DNA of 64,000 nucleotides from an uncultured Spirochaetales bacterium (GTDB lineage Bacteria; Myxococcota_A; UBA9160; UBA6930): NCBI GenBank assembly GCA_964501435.1, contig CAZCTH010000009.1, positions 9,747 to 73,746 of the forward strand, read 5' to 3'. Shown piece by piece: positions 12,201 to 17,707 of this stretch (position 1 is its first letter; each line of letters starts with the position of its first letter). The notes under the pieces were generated by a model. It saw only the letters and a program-made list of their open reading frames with translations, ran no database searches and was not told where the DNA came from. The position numbers and the translations under genes were made by a program.

Positions 12201-12481
12201 GCATCGCGTCGATCGGGCTCGGCGCGACGGAGTCGGCGGCCGTTGACAACGGCAACCGCGTCGCCCTCGAAGGCGCCTACGAGACGACGGACGGCGCGAG
12301 CCACGCGCTGGCCGACGTGTGGTTCCGCACGGGCGACGTCGCCGCGACGGCGCCGGCCGAGCCCGCGGCGGGCGCAGCGCCCGACCCGGCGGCGGGCGCA
12401 GCGCCCGAAACGGCGGCGTGTGCGCCCGAGCTCGAGCTCCTGGTCGCGAGGAACCCGGACCTCGACGTTTTCACCTCCTGA
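3278..12481 (+). CDS. Giant octapeptide-repeat protein (3,067 aa), probable type I secretion substrate; no family recognised
   Basis: ATG 3278 has AAGGAG 9 nt upstream. Third codon positions are almost all G/C in this frame only. Residues 6 to about 2847 are tandem octads (xLTTAQxA and variants). The C-terminal 220 aa have D-x-N-x-D-G Ca-loop motifs and an acidic/hydrophobic tail. There is no N-terminal signal peptide. T1SS genes are adjacent. Confidence 0.85.
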   Translation: MTWIASLTTDQIAGLSTTTIAGLGTDDIASMSTAQVAALTTSQIPALATVAVAALSTAQTVALSTAQIVAITTAQAGALTSSQVGALTTAQLTAIETADVAALATAAIAGLTTAQAAALTTAQVAALGTAQIRGLETADLAAFTTAQVVALTTAQAGALTSDQVVALTTAQVAAMETADVAALSTGVIAAIQTADLAAFTTDQIVALTTAQVAKLTSAQLAALSTAQLVAMQTADVAKLAVTAIPGLTTAQTAALTTAQFAALGTAQLRAIETADFAVLTTDQIVALTTTQAAAIKWDQLAAMTTAQLTAMQTADVASIATATIGGLTTAQAAALTTAQVAALTTAQIAALQTADLAALTTAQIVALTTAQAGALTSGQVAALTTAQLAAMETADVAKLATGSIPGLTTAQAAALTTAQVAALTTAQVASLQTTDLAAFTTDQIVALTTAQAAALTSAQVGALTTAQLAAMQTADLAAIATGAVKGFTTAQIAALATGHVAALTTAQVAALESTDVAALTTAQVVALTTAQAAALTSAQLAAMTTAQIAALETADFAALSTGAIAGMQTADVAVLTTDEIVALTTAQAAALTSAQVAALSTAQLAAMQTADVAALATGAIAGLTTAQAVALTTAQFAALTTAQIRAIETVDLAALTTDQIVALTTAQAGALSSAQAVALTTAQFAAMQTADVAALSTGVISAIQTADLAALSTDQIVALGTAQVAKLSSAQLAALTTAQLVAMQTADLAALAVSTIPGLTTAQTAALTTAQFASLTTGQLRALETADFAVLTTDQIVALTTAQAAAIKWDQLAAMTTAQLTAMQTADLAAISTASIGGLTTAQAAALTTAQVASLTAAQIAAMQTADLAALTTAQIVALTTAQAAALTSGQVAALTTAQLVAMETADVAKLATGAIPGLTTAQAAALTTAQVAALTTAQVAALQTADLAALTTAQVVAFTTAQAGALTSAQVAGLTTAQLAAMETADFAKLSTAAIKGLTTAQAAALATGHVAALTTAQVAALETADVAALTTAQIVALGTAQAAALGSAQVVALTTAQVAALETADFAALATAAIAGMQTADVAVLTTDQIVALTTAQAAALTSAQVAALSTAQLAAMQTADLAALSSAAVAGFTTAQIAALGTAQFAALSTAQIAGMQTADVAALTTAQIVALTTAQAAALTSAQIAAMSTAQLAAMETADFAHLSSGAIAGLTTAQAAALTTAQVAALTTAQIPRLETADLAALTTAQVVALTTAQAGALTSAQVVALSTAQFAAMETADFAALATGVIASIQTADLAALTTDQVAALTTAQAAKLTSAQVAALTTAQLVAMQTADLAALTSAAIAGLTTAQAAALTTGQVAALATGQIRGLETADLAAFTTDQIVALTTAQAAALTSVQLAALTTAQLVAMQTADLAALSTAAIPGLTTAQAAALTTAQVAALGSAQIAALQTADLAALTTAQIVALGTAQAAALTSAQIAALTTAQLTAMETADLAALDAGELAGLTTAQAAALTTAQVAALGTAQIAGLETADLAALTTAQVVALTTTQAAALGSAQVGAFTTAQLAAMETADFAKLSTAAIKGLTTAQAAALATGHVAALTTAQVAALETADVAALTTAQVVALGTAQAAALTSAQLAGMTTAQIAALETADFAALATAAIAGMQTVDVAALTTDQIVALTTAQAAALTSAQIAALSTAQLAAMQTADFAALSSGAIAGLTTAQAAALTTAQVAALTTAQIPRLETADVAALTTAQIVALGTAQAGALTSAQVVALTTAQFAAMETVDFAALATGVIASIQTADLAALTTDQIVALTTAQASKLTSAQLAALTTAQLTAMQTADLAALSSSAIAGLTTAQAAALTTGQVAALATAQIRGLETADLAAFTTDQIVALTTAQAAALTSAQLAALTTAQLTAMQSADLAALSTAAIPGLTTAQAAALTTAQVAALGTAQIAALQTADLAAFTTAQIVALTTTQAAALTSAQVAALSTAQLVALETADIARLSTAGIVGLTTTQAAALTTAQVAALTSTQIAALQTADLAALTTAQIVALGSAQTAALTSAQAAALTTAQLAAMETADFDNLSTAAIKGLTTAQVAALTTGHVAALTTAQVAALETADVAALTTAQVVALTTAQAAALTSAQVVALTTAQVAALETADFAALSTSAIAGMQTADVAALTTAQIVALSSLQAPALTSAQIAALSTAQLNAMETSDFARLSTGAIKGLTTAQVAALPTGHVAALTTAQVAALETADVAALTTAQVAALSTTQAAALGSAQVAALGTAQWVAMETADVAALSTAVIAAIETADVAALTTDQIVALSTAQLAKLTSSQIAALTTAQLVAIPTADIGSLSASAVPGLTTAQTAALTTAQIAALGTAQVRALETADVAALTTDQIVALTTAQAAVITSAQLGALTTAQLAAMQSADLAAISVSAIPGFTTAQIAALSTTQVSQLASDQITALQTADFAALSTAQLVALTTAQAGAIASTQLAALSTAQLVALETADLAALTTAAIRGLTTAQAAALTTAQVAALATAQVGALETADLAAFTTAQVAALTTAQAGALSATQVAAFSTAQLAAMETADFARLTTAAIKGLTTAQAAALATGHVAALTTAQVAALETADLAAFTTAQVVALTTAQAAALTSAQVAALTTAQVAALETADFGAISAAAFVGMETADLAALTTAQVAALSTAQAGAFGLLQIAALSTAQLAAMETADVAALSTAAIVGLTTAQIASLSTAQIVALTTSQMPVLQTADIAALTTAQVAALQTADLHALQTSQIPAFTTAQVAALTTAQLSNLTSQQEAAFTATQLQAMTTAQLNALALSSPLILDLNGDGVRTTALADGVTFDVNAVGHAVHTGWVSAEDGLLVLDRNADGTIGDGSELFGTATQLADGSNASDGFTALAELDANGDGALTAADAAFDALRVWVDGNQDGVSQAGELHTLDDLGIASIGLGATESAAVDNGNRVALEGAYETTDGASHALADVWFRTGDVAATAPAEPAAGAAPDPAAGAAPETAACAPELELLVARNPDLDVFTS
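3293..11818. repeat. About 8.5 kb coding tandem array with 24-bp unit (about 355 units) and higher-order periodicity
   Basis: The 24-nt period is seen directly. Landmark sequence (I/V)KG(L/F)TTAQ..A(T)GHVAAL starts at nt 4727, 6263, 8039, 9575, 9983 and 11111. The spacings are 1536, 1776, 1536, 408 and 1128, all multiples of 24 and in phase with the first unit. Confidence 0.95.
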
Positions 12482-12499
12482 TCCTCCGCAGAGGCCACG

Positions 12500-14410
12500 A
12501 TGGCTTCGCCGCAATCCCCGAGCATCTTTCCCACCCGCACGGCCGCGCCGCGCGCCGCGAGCGCGCGGCCGCCGGCGGGAGGGAACGGGTTGCACGGGGG
12601 AGGTCCGCTCGACGTCCGGCTCGCCGCCGCCCGTGCCCAGGTCGCGCGCGCCGCGCTGCAGCCGCTGCAGCTGATCGGCCTCGCCGACGAGCTCGCCGCC
12701 GCCGGCCGCAGCGCCGACGTGATCGCGCTCTACGAGCACTGGCTCGGCCACTGCAGCTCCGCGGTGGACCACGTGGTGCAGTTCAACCTCGGCGTGGCGC
12801 TCTCGCAGGCCGAGCGCCTCGCCGACGCCGAGAAGGCCTACCGCGCCGCGCTCGCCCGCGACCCGCGCTTCCCGCAGGCCGCGTTCAACCTCGGCACGAT
12901 CGTCGAGCGGCTCGGCCGCGCGGAGGAGGCCCTCGCGATCTGGCAGGGCCTGCTGGACCGCGGCGTCGTCGATCCCGACGCGAGCCGCGAGCTCTACGTG
13001 CTCACCTGCAACAACCTCGGCCGGCTGCGCGAGCAGACCCGCGACTTCGCGGGCGGCGAGGCCGCGCTGCGCGAGAGCCTGCGCGTCGACCCGGCACAGC
13101 CGAAGGCGATCCAGCACTGGGTCCACCTGCGCCAGAAGCAGTGCGCGTGGCCGGTCTATGCGGAGCTTCCGGGCGTGACGCCGGGCGAGCTGGTGAGCGG
13201 CACGTCGCCGCTGGCGATGCTGTCGGCGACCGACGACCCGGGCCTGCAGCTCGCCACCGCGCTGCGCTTCGTGCGCGAGCGCGTGAACGTGCGCGTGCCC
13301 GCGCTCGCGCCGGCGCGCGGCTACGCACACCCGAAGCTCCGCATCGGCTTCCTGTCCTCGGACTTTTGCCTCCACGCCGTCTCGCTGCTCACGGTCGAGC
13401 TGTTCGAGCTGCTCGATCGCGAGCGCTTCGAGGTGCACGGCTTCTGCTGGAGCCGCGAGGACGGCTCGCCGCTGCGCGCGCGCGTGATCGCCGCGATGGA
13501 TCGCTTCACGCGCATCGGCGCCCTCGACGACGCCGCGGCAGCGCGAGCGATTCGCGACGCCGAGATCGACGTGCTCGTGGACTTGCACGGGCTCACGAGC
13601 GGCGCGCGCCCGGCCATTCTCGCCTACCGGCCAGCGCCGGTGCAGATGACGTACCTCGGATTCCCGGGCACGACGGGCCTGCCGGGCGTCGACTACGTGA
13701 TCGCCGACCGCTTCCTGATCCCGGACGCCGAGGCGCCTTATTATTCCGAGCAGCCCCTCTACCTCCCCGACGTGTTCCAGTGCAGCGACCGCCAGCGCGC
13801 CGTCGGCCAGACGCCGAGCCGCGCCGCGTGCGGGCTGCCCGAAGGCGCCTTCGTGTTCTGCTCGTTCAACAACTCCTACAAGGTCACGCCCGAGCAGTTC
13901 GCCGCGTGGCTGCGCATCCTGAAGTGCGCGCCCGAGAGCGTGCTCTGGCTGCTCGGCGACAACCCGTGGGCAGAGGCGAACCTGCGCCGCGCCGCGAGCG
14001 AGCAGGGCGTCGACCCGGCGCGCCTCGTCTTCGCGGGACGCGTCGCGCCGCCCGACTACCTGGCGCGCTACCGCGCCGCCGACCTCTTTCTCGACGCCTA
14101 CCCGTTCAACGGCGGCACGACGGCGAACGACGCGCTGTGGATGGGCCTGCCCCTGCTGACGCGCAGCGGCCGCACCTTCGCCTCGCGCATGGCGGGCAGC
14201 CTGCTCACCGCGCTCGACCTGCCCGAGCTGATCACCGATTCGCTCGCCGCCTACGAGGCGCGTGCGATCGAGATCGCCACGCAGCCCGGCGTCGCGGCGG
14301 CTTTGAAGCGGAAGCTCGCCGAGGCGCGCGAGAAGTCGCCGCTCTTCGACATGCCGCGCTTCGTGCGCGGCTTCGAGCAGGCGGTGGCGTCGAAGGCGCT
14401 GCGCGGCTGA
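12500..14410 (+). CDS. TPR-containing GT41-family glycosyltransferase (O-GlcNAc transferase / SPINDLY-like)
   Basis: 636 aa. The N-terminal part has TPR-like repeats (..AEKAYRAALARDPRFPQAAFNLGTIVERLGRAEEAL..). The C-terminal part has GT41 hallmarks (..QMTYLGFPGTTGLPGVDYVIAD.., ..FCSFNNSYKVTPEQF.., ..LDAYPFNGGTTANDALWMGLPLLT..). It starts 19 nt after the megaprotein stop. Confidence 0.85.
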   Translation: MASPQSPSIFPTRTAAPRAASARPPAGGNGLHGGGPLDVRLAAARAQVARAALQPLQLIGLADELAAAGRSADVIALYEHWLGHCSSAVDHVVQFNLGVALSQAERLADAEKAYRAALARDPRFPQAAFNLGTIVERLGRAEEALAIWQGLLDRGVVDPDASRELYVLTCNNLGRLREQTRDFAGGEAALRESLRVDPAQPKAIQHWVHLRQKQCAWPVYAELPGVTPGELVSGTSPLAMLSATDDPGLQLATALRFVRERVNVRVPALAPARGYAHPKLRIGFLSSDFCLHAVSLLTVELFELLDRERFEVHGFCWSREDGSPLRARVIAAMDRFTRIGALDDAAAARAIRDAEIDVLVDLHGLTSGARPAILAYRPAPVQMTYLGFPGTTGLPGVDYVIADRFLIPDAEAPYYSEQPLYLPDVFQCSDRQRAVGQTPSRAACGLPEGAFVFCSFNNSYKVTPEQFAAWLRILKCAPESVLWLLGDNPWAEANLRRAASEQGVDPARLVFAGRVAPPDYLARYRAADLFLDAYPFNGGTTANDALWMGLPLLTRSGRTFASRMAGSLLTALDLPELITDSLAAYEARAIEIATQPGVAAALKRKLAEAREKSPLFDMPRFVRGFEQAVASKALRG

Positions 14411-14447
14411 AGCGGCGCCGCGCGGGCCAGCACGCCCGCCGTGCCGC

Positions 14448-15776
14448 TCACTCCTCGGTGAGCGCGCCGGCCAGCCGCTCGCGCAGCGGCTTCGCCAGGT
14501 AGCTCGCGAGCGTGCGCTCGCCGGTCTTCACCAGCACCTCGGCCTGCATGCCGGGGCGCACCGCGAGGCCGGCCTCGTGCAGTTGCGCCTCGGCCTCGGG
14601 CGCCGGCGCGATCGACACCGCGAAGTGCGCTTCGCCGGTGCGGGCGTCGCGCTGCTGATCTGCGGAGACGGTGACCACGCGCCCCGCCACGACGGGGGTG
14701 TGCGCGCGATCCAGCGTCGCGAAGCGTACGTCGACGGGCAGGCCCGGCGCGAGGCGCTCCGCGAGCAGGGGGGGGAACTCGGCCTTCACCACCCAGCTGG
14801 CGCGCTGCGGGACGATCTCCATCAGCAGCTGCGCGGGCGCGACGACGCCGCCCTCGGTGTGGATGGCGAGCGCCATCACGCGGCCGTCCACGGGCGCGAC
14901 CACGCCGCCGCGTTCGACCTCGATCTCGAGCGCCGCGAGCTGCTCGCCGAGGCTCGCGGCCTGGGTCGCGATGGCGGCGAGCTGCGTCTCGGCGTCGCGG
15001 CGATAGCCCTCGGCTTCCTGCAGCGCCTTCAGCTCGTTCTCCTGGAGCGCCTCCTCCGTGCGGCGGATCTCGGCGAGCGAGGCGGCGCGCTGCGCGGTCA
15101 GCTGCGACACGCCGCGCTCCGCGGCGAAAAGGCGGTTGCGCGGCAGGTAGCCCTGCTCGACGAGGCCGCGCAGGTCCTCGCGCTCGCTGCTCGCGATCAC
15201 GAGCTGGTCGGCGTAGCTCTTCGCGACCTCGCGCAGGCCGACGAGCTGCTCGCGCAGCGCTTCGCGCTCGTGGGCGAGGATCTTGCGGCGATTCGCGAGC
15301 TCGCTGCGGCGCGTGGCGAACAGGTCCTGCTGGAGCTGCATCGCTTCGCGCGCGGCGGGCTCTTCCTTCCGCGCGGCGAGGTCGTCGGGCCACGTGAGCT
15401 TCGCGCGCCCGAGCCGCTCGGCTGCGAGCCGCGCTTCGCTCGCGCGCGCCGCGAGCCACTGCCCGAGCACGATCTCGCGCTGCGCCTCGGCCTCGACCGT
15501 CTCGAGCTGCACGAGCAGCTGTCCGCGCGCGACGACGTCGCCTTCGCGCACGAGGATCTTCTCCACGGTGCCGCCGTGGAGCGACTGCACCGCCTTGCGC
15601 TCGCCGTCGACGACCACGGTGCCGTGGGCGGCGACGCCCTGGCCGAGCGGCGCGAGGCACGCCCACGCGAGAAAGCCGCCGAGGCCGAGCGCGAGCCCGA
15701 GCGTGCCGCGCCGCGCGATGCGCAGCGCGTCTTCGGCGGGCGACAAGGGCGCGTGCGAGGGCAGGGCGGCGCTCAT
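14448..15776 (-). CDS. Type I secretion membrane fusion protein (HlyD family)
   Basis: Internal ATG (MSAALPSHAPLSP...) overlaps the stop of the upstream ABC gene (ATGA). There is a TM segment (LGLALGLGGFLAWACL), then a lipoyl/coiled-coil/beta-barrel pattern (..GTVEKILVREGDVVARGQLLVQLE..). The 195 N-terminal codons of ORF 14448..16361 are an Arg-rich overlap with the ABC gene and are rejected. Confidence 0.85.
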   Translation of the reverse strand: MSAALPSHAPLSPAEDALRIARRGTLGLALGLGGFLAWACLAPLGQGVAAHGTVVVDGERKAVQSLHGGTVEKILVREGDVVARGQLLVQLETVEAEAQREIVLGQWLAARASEARLAAERLGRAKLTWPDDLAARKEEPAAREAMQLQQDLFATRRSELANRRKILAHEREALREQLVGLREVAKSYADQLVIASSEREDLRGLVEQGYLPRNRLFAAERGVSQLTAQRAASLAEIRRTEEALQENELKALQEAEGYRRDAETQLAAIATQAASLGEQLAALEIEVERGGVVAPVDGRVMALAIHTEGGVVAPAQLLMEIVPQRASWVVKAEFPPLLAERLAPGLPVDVRFATLDRAHTPVVAGRVVTVSADQQRDARTGEAHFAVSIAPAPEAEAQLHEAGLAVRPGMQAEVLVKTGERTLASYLAKPLRERLAGALTEE

Positions 15777-17497
15777 CCGGCGGCTCCGAGCGCGGCGGGC
15801 TGGCTCGGCGCAGCCTGCGCGTTGGCGGCGACCACGGCGCGCAGGACGGAGTCCCGCGGCCCGAAGAGCTGCTGCGTCCCGTTCTTGAGGAGCAGCAGCT
15901 TGTCCGCGACGGCGAGCACCGCCGGGCGGTGGGTCACGAGCACGACCGTCGAGCCGCCCGCCTTCAGCGCGACGATCGCGCGCACCAGCGAGGCTTCGCC
16001 GACGTCGTCGAGGTTCGCGTTCGGCTCGTCGAGCACGACGAACGCCGGGCGCCCGTAGAGCGCGCGCGCGAGGCCGATGCGCTGCAGCTGTCCGCCCGAG
16101 AGTCCGGCGCCGCCGGGGCCGAGGCGCGTGTCGTACCCGTTCGGCAGGCGCAGCACCATCTCGTGGATGCCGGCGAGCGCGGCGGCCTCGACCACGCGCT
16201 GGGAGTCGAGCTCGCCGAAGCGCGCGATGTTCTCCGCGACGCTGCCCGCGAAGAGGCCGGTGTCCTGCGGCAGGTAGCCGAGCTGCGGGCCGAGCGCGTC
16301 GCGCGGCCACTGCGCGAGGTCGGCGTCGTCGAGGCGCACGCAGCCCTCGCGCGCGGGCCACACGCCGACGAGCGCGCGGGCGAGCGTCGACTTGCCCGAG
16401 GCGCTCGGGCCGACCACCGCGAGCACGTCGCCGGGCTCGAGCGCGAAGGCGATCTCCGCGATCACCGGCCGCTCCGCGCCGGGCGGCGCGACGGCGAGCG
16501 CTTCGACGCGCACGCGCCCCGTGAGCGGCGGCAGCGCCATGCGCTCGGGCGCCTCGGGGTGCTCGGCCAGGAGGCGCGTGAGCCGTGCGTACGCGGCGCG
16601 CGCGTTAGCGAGCGGCTTCCACGAGCCGATGGCGAGCTCCGCGGGGGCCATCGCGCGGCTCGCGAGGATCGACACCGCGATCATCATGCCGGGGCTGATC
16701 TCGCCTTCGAGCGCCAGCAGCGCGCCGAGGCCGAGCGAGAGCGACTGCCACGCCGTGCGCACGCCGCGCGTCAGCGCCGCGATGCGCGCGCCGGCGTCGC
16801 TCGCGCCGGCCTGCGCGCCCACGATGCGCTGCTGCAGCTCCGCCCAGCGCGCGCGCAGGGCGCCGAGCATGCCCATGGCGTGCACGACCTCGGCGTTCTG
16901 GAACGACGTGTTCAGTGCGGCCGACGACGCCACCGAGAGCCGGTTCGCCTCGGCCATCGGCGCGCGCGTCGCCCACTCGTTCCAGAGGGCGAGCCCCGCG
17001 AGCAGCACGATGCCGGCCAGCACGAAGGTGCCGAGCCACGCGTGGAACAGGAACGCCGCGAGCGCGTAGATCGGGAGCCAGGGCGCGTCGAGCAGCGCGA
17101 GCAGGCCGGGGCCGGTGACGAACTGGCGCAGCGTCGTCAGGTCCGCGAGCGCCTGCGACGGATTCGCGCCGCGCTCGGCGAGGCTGCGCGCGAAGGTGGC
17201 GTCGTGCACGCGCGGTCCGAGCTCGGCGTCGAAGGCGGCGCTCATGCGGATCAAGACGAGGCCGCGCGTCCACTCGAGCGCGGCGCCGAGCGCAAACAGG
17301 CCGAGCGTGAGCCCCGTGAGCAGCGCGAGCGTGGCCTCGCTGCGGCTCGTCAGCACGCGGTCGAACACCTGCATCATGTAGAGCGAGGGCACGAGCATCA
17401 GGCCGTTGATCACGGCGCTGAAGAGCGCGAGGAAGCCGAACAAGCGGCGGTGCCGCAGCAGCGCGGCGTCGATCGTTCGCGTCGGGTCGAACAGCAC
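15773..17497 (-). CDS. Type I secretion system permease/ATPase (short PrtD/AprD/RsaD-like type, no N-terminal C39/CLD domain)
   Basis: 574 aa. A six-helix TMD is followed by an NBD with Walker A GPSASGKST, signature LSGGQLQRIGLARALYGRPAFVVLDEPNANLD and an H-loop VLVTHR. The ORF cannot extend further upstream, so there is no extra N-terminal domain. Confidence 0.9.
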   Translation of the reverse strand: MLFDPTRTIDAALLRHRRLFGFLALFSAVINGLMLVPSLYMMQVFDRVLTSRSEATLALLTGLTLGLFALGAALEWTRGLVLIRMSAAFDAELGPRVHDATFARSLAERGANPSQALADLTTLRQFVTGPGLLALLDAPWLPIYALAAFLFHAWLGTFVLAGIVLLAGLALWNEWATRAPMAEANRLSVASSAALNTSFQNAEVVHAMGMLGALRARWAELQQRIVGAQAGASDAGARIAALTRGVRTAWQSLSLGLGALLALEGEISPGMMIAVSILASRAMAPAELAIGSWKPLANARAAYARLTRLLAEHPEAPERMALPPLTGRVRVEALAVAPPGAERPVIAEIAFALEPGDVLAVVGPSASGKSTLARALVGVWPAREGCVRLDDADLAQWPRDALGPQLGYLPQDTGLFAGSVAENIARFGELDSQRVVEAAALAGIHEMVLRLPNGYDTRLGPGGAGLSGGQLQRIGLARALYGRPAFVVLDEPNANLDDVGEASLVRAIVALKAGGSTVVLVTHRPAVLAVADKLLLLKNGTQQLFGPRDSVLRAVVAANAQAAPSQPAALGAAG

Positions 17498-17685
17498 GCT
17501 CGGGTGGCTCGTCTAGCGCGTCGTCGGCCGGACACGGGCGCCCTGTGCGCCGCTCCGTTCGCCGCAGCGAACGTGAGCCCGGTCACGTCGATCACTCCCT
17601 CGCGTCATCGGAGCGCGCGCGCGCCGGCTGAACGGCCGCGACGGAAAAATCTGCCGGTGCGCTGCCGGCGCACGCGCGTGCATTT

Positions 17686-17707
17686 CAATCTGCAACGCTG
17701 CGGCGCA
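17686..17707 (+). promoter_or_regulatory. Bipartite motif CAATCTGCAA-N6-GGCGCA, copy 2 (between the T1SS operon and merR)
   Basis: Identical 10-mer, spacing and 6-mer as at 2941-2962. A partial extra copy AATCTGCC lies at 17648-17655, with another GGCGCA at 17667-17672. Confidence 0.3.

Noticed and set aside
2971-12246. 3,091-aa plus-strand ORF in an alternative frame (GAGRRAHHGAG.. repeats)
   Set aside because: It is the same repeat read out of frame. The His/Arg/Gly/Asp composition is implausible, it has no RBS, and its GC3 is poor compared with the 3278 frame.
3278-12481. RTX (GGxGxDxUx) repeats or Big/cadherin-type adhesin modules in the megaprotein
   Set aside because: Reading the translation, I found none of these. 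The only Ca-type motifs are the four D-x-N-x-D-G loops in the C-terminal domain.
2222-13588. 3,788-aa minus-strand ORF (ERRDLRRGERR.. repeats) running antisense through the whole repeat gene
   Set aside because: It is a shadow ORF. The translation is Arg/Gly/Glu-only low complexity, and codon position 3 is not GC-enriched in this frame. It stays open only because the 24-nt repeat lacks stop triplets in this frame. Only its last 201 codons (2222-2827) form a plausible methyltransferase with its own ATG.
14448-16361. Long (637-aa) version of the HlyD-family ORF
   Set aside because: The extra 195 N-terminal codons are Arg/Pro-rich and overlap the 3' part of the ABC gene. The internal ATG that overlaps the ABC stop (ATGA) gives a normal MFP N-terminus with a TM helix.
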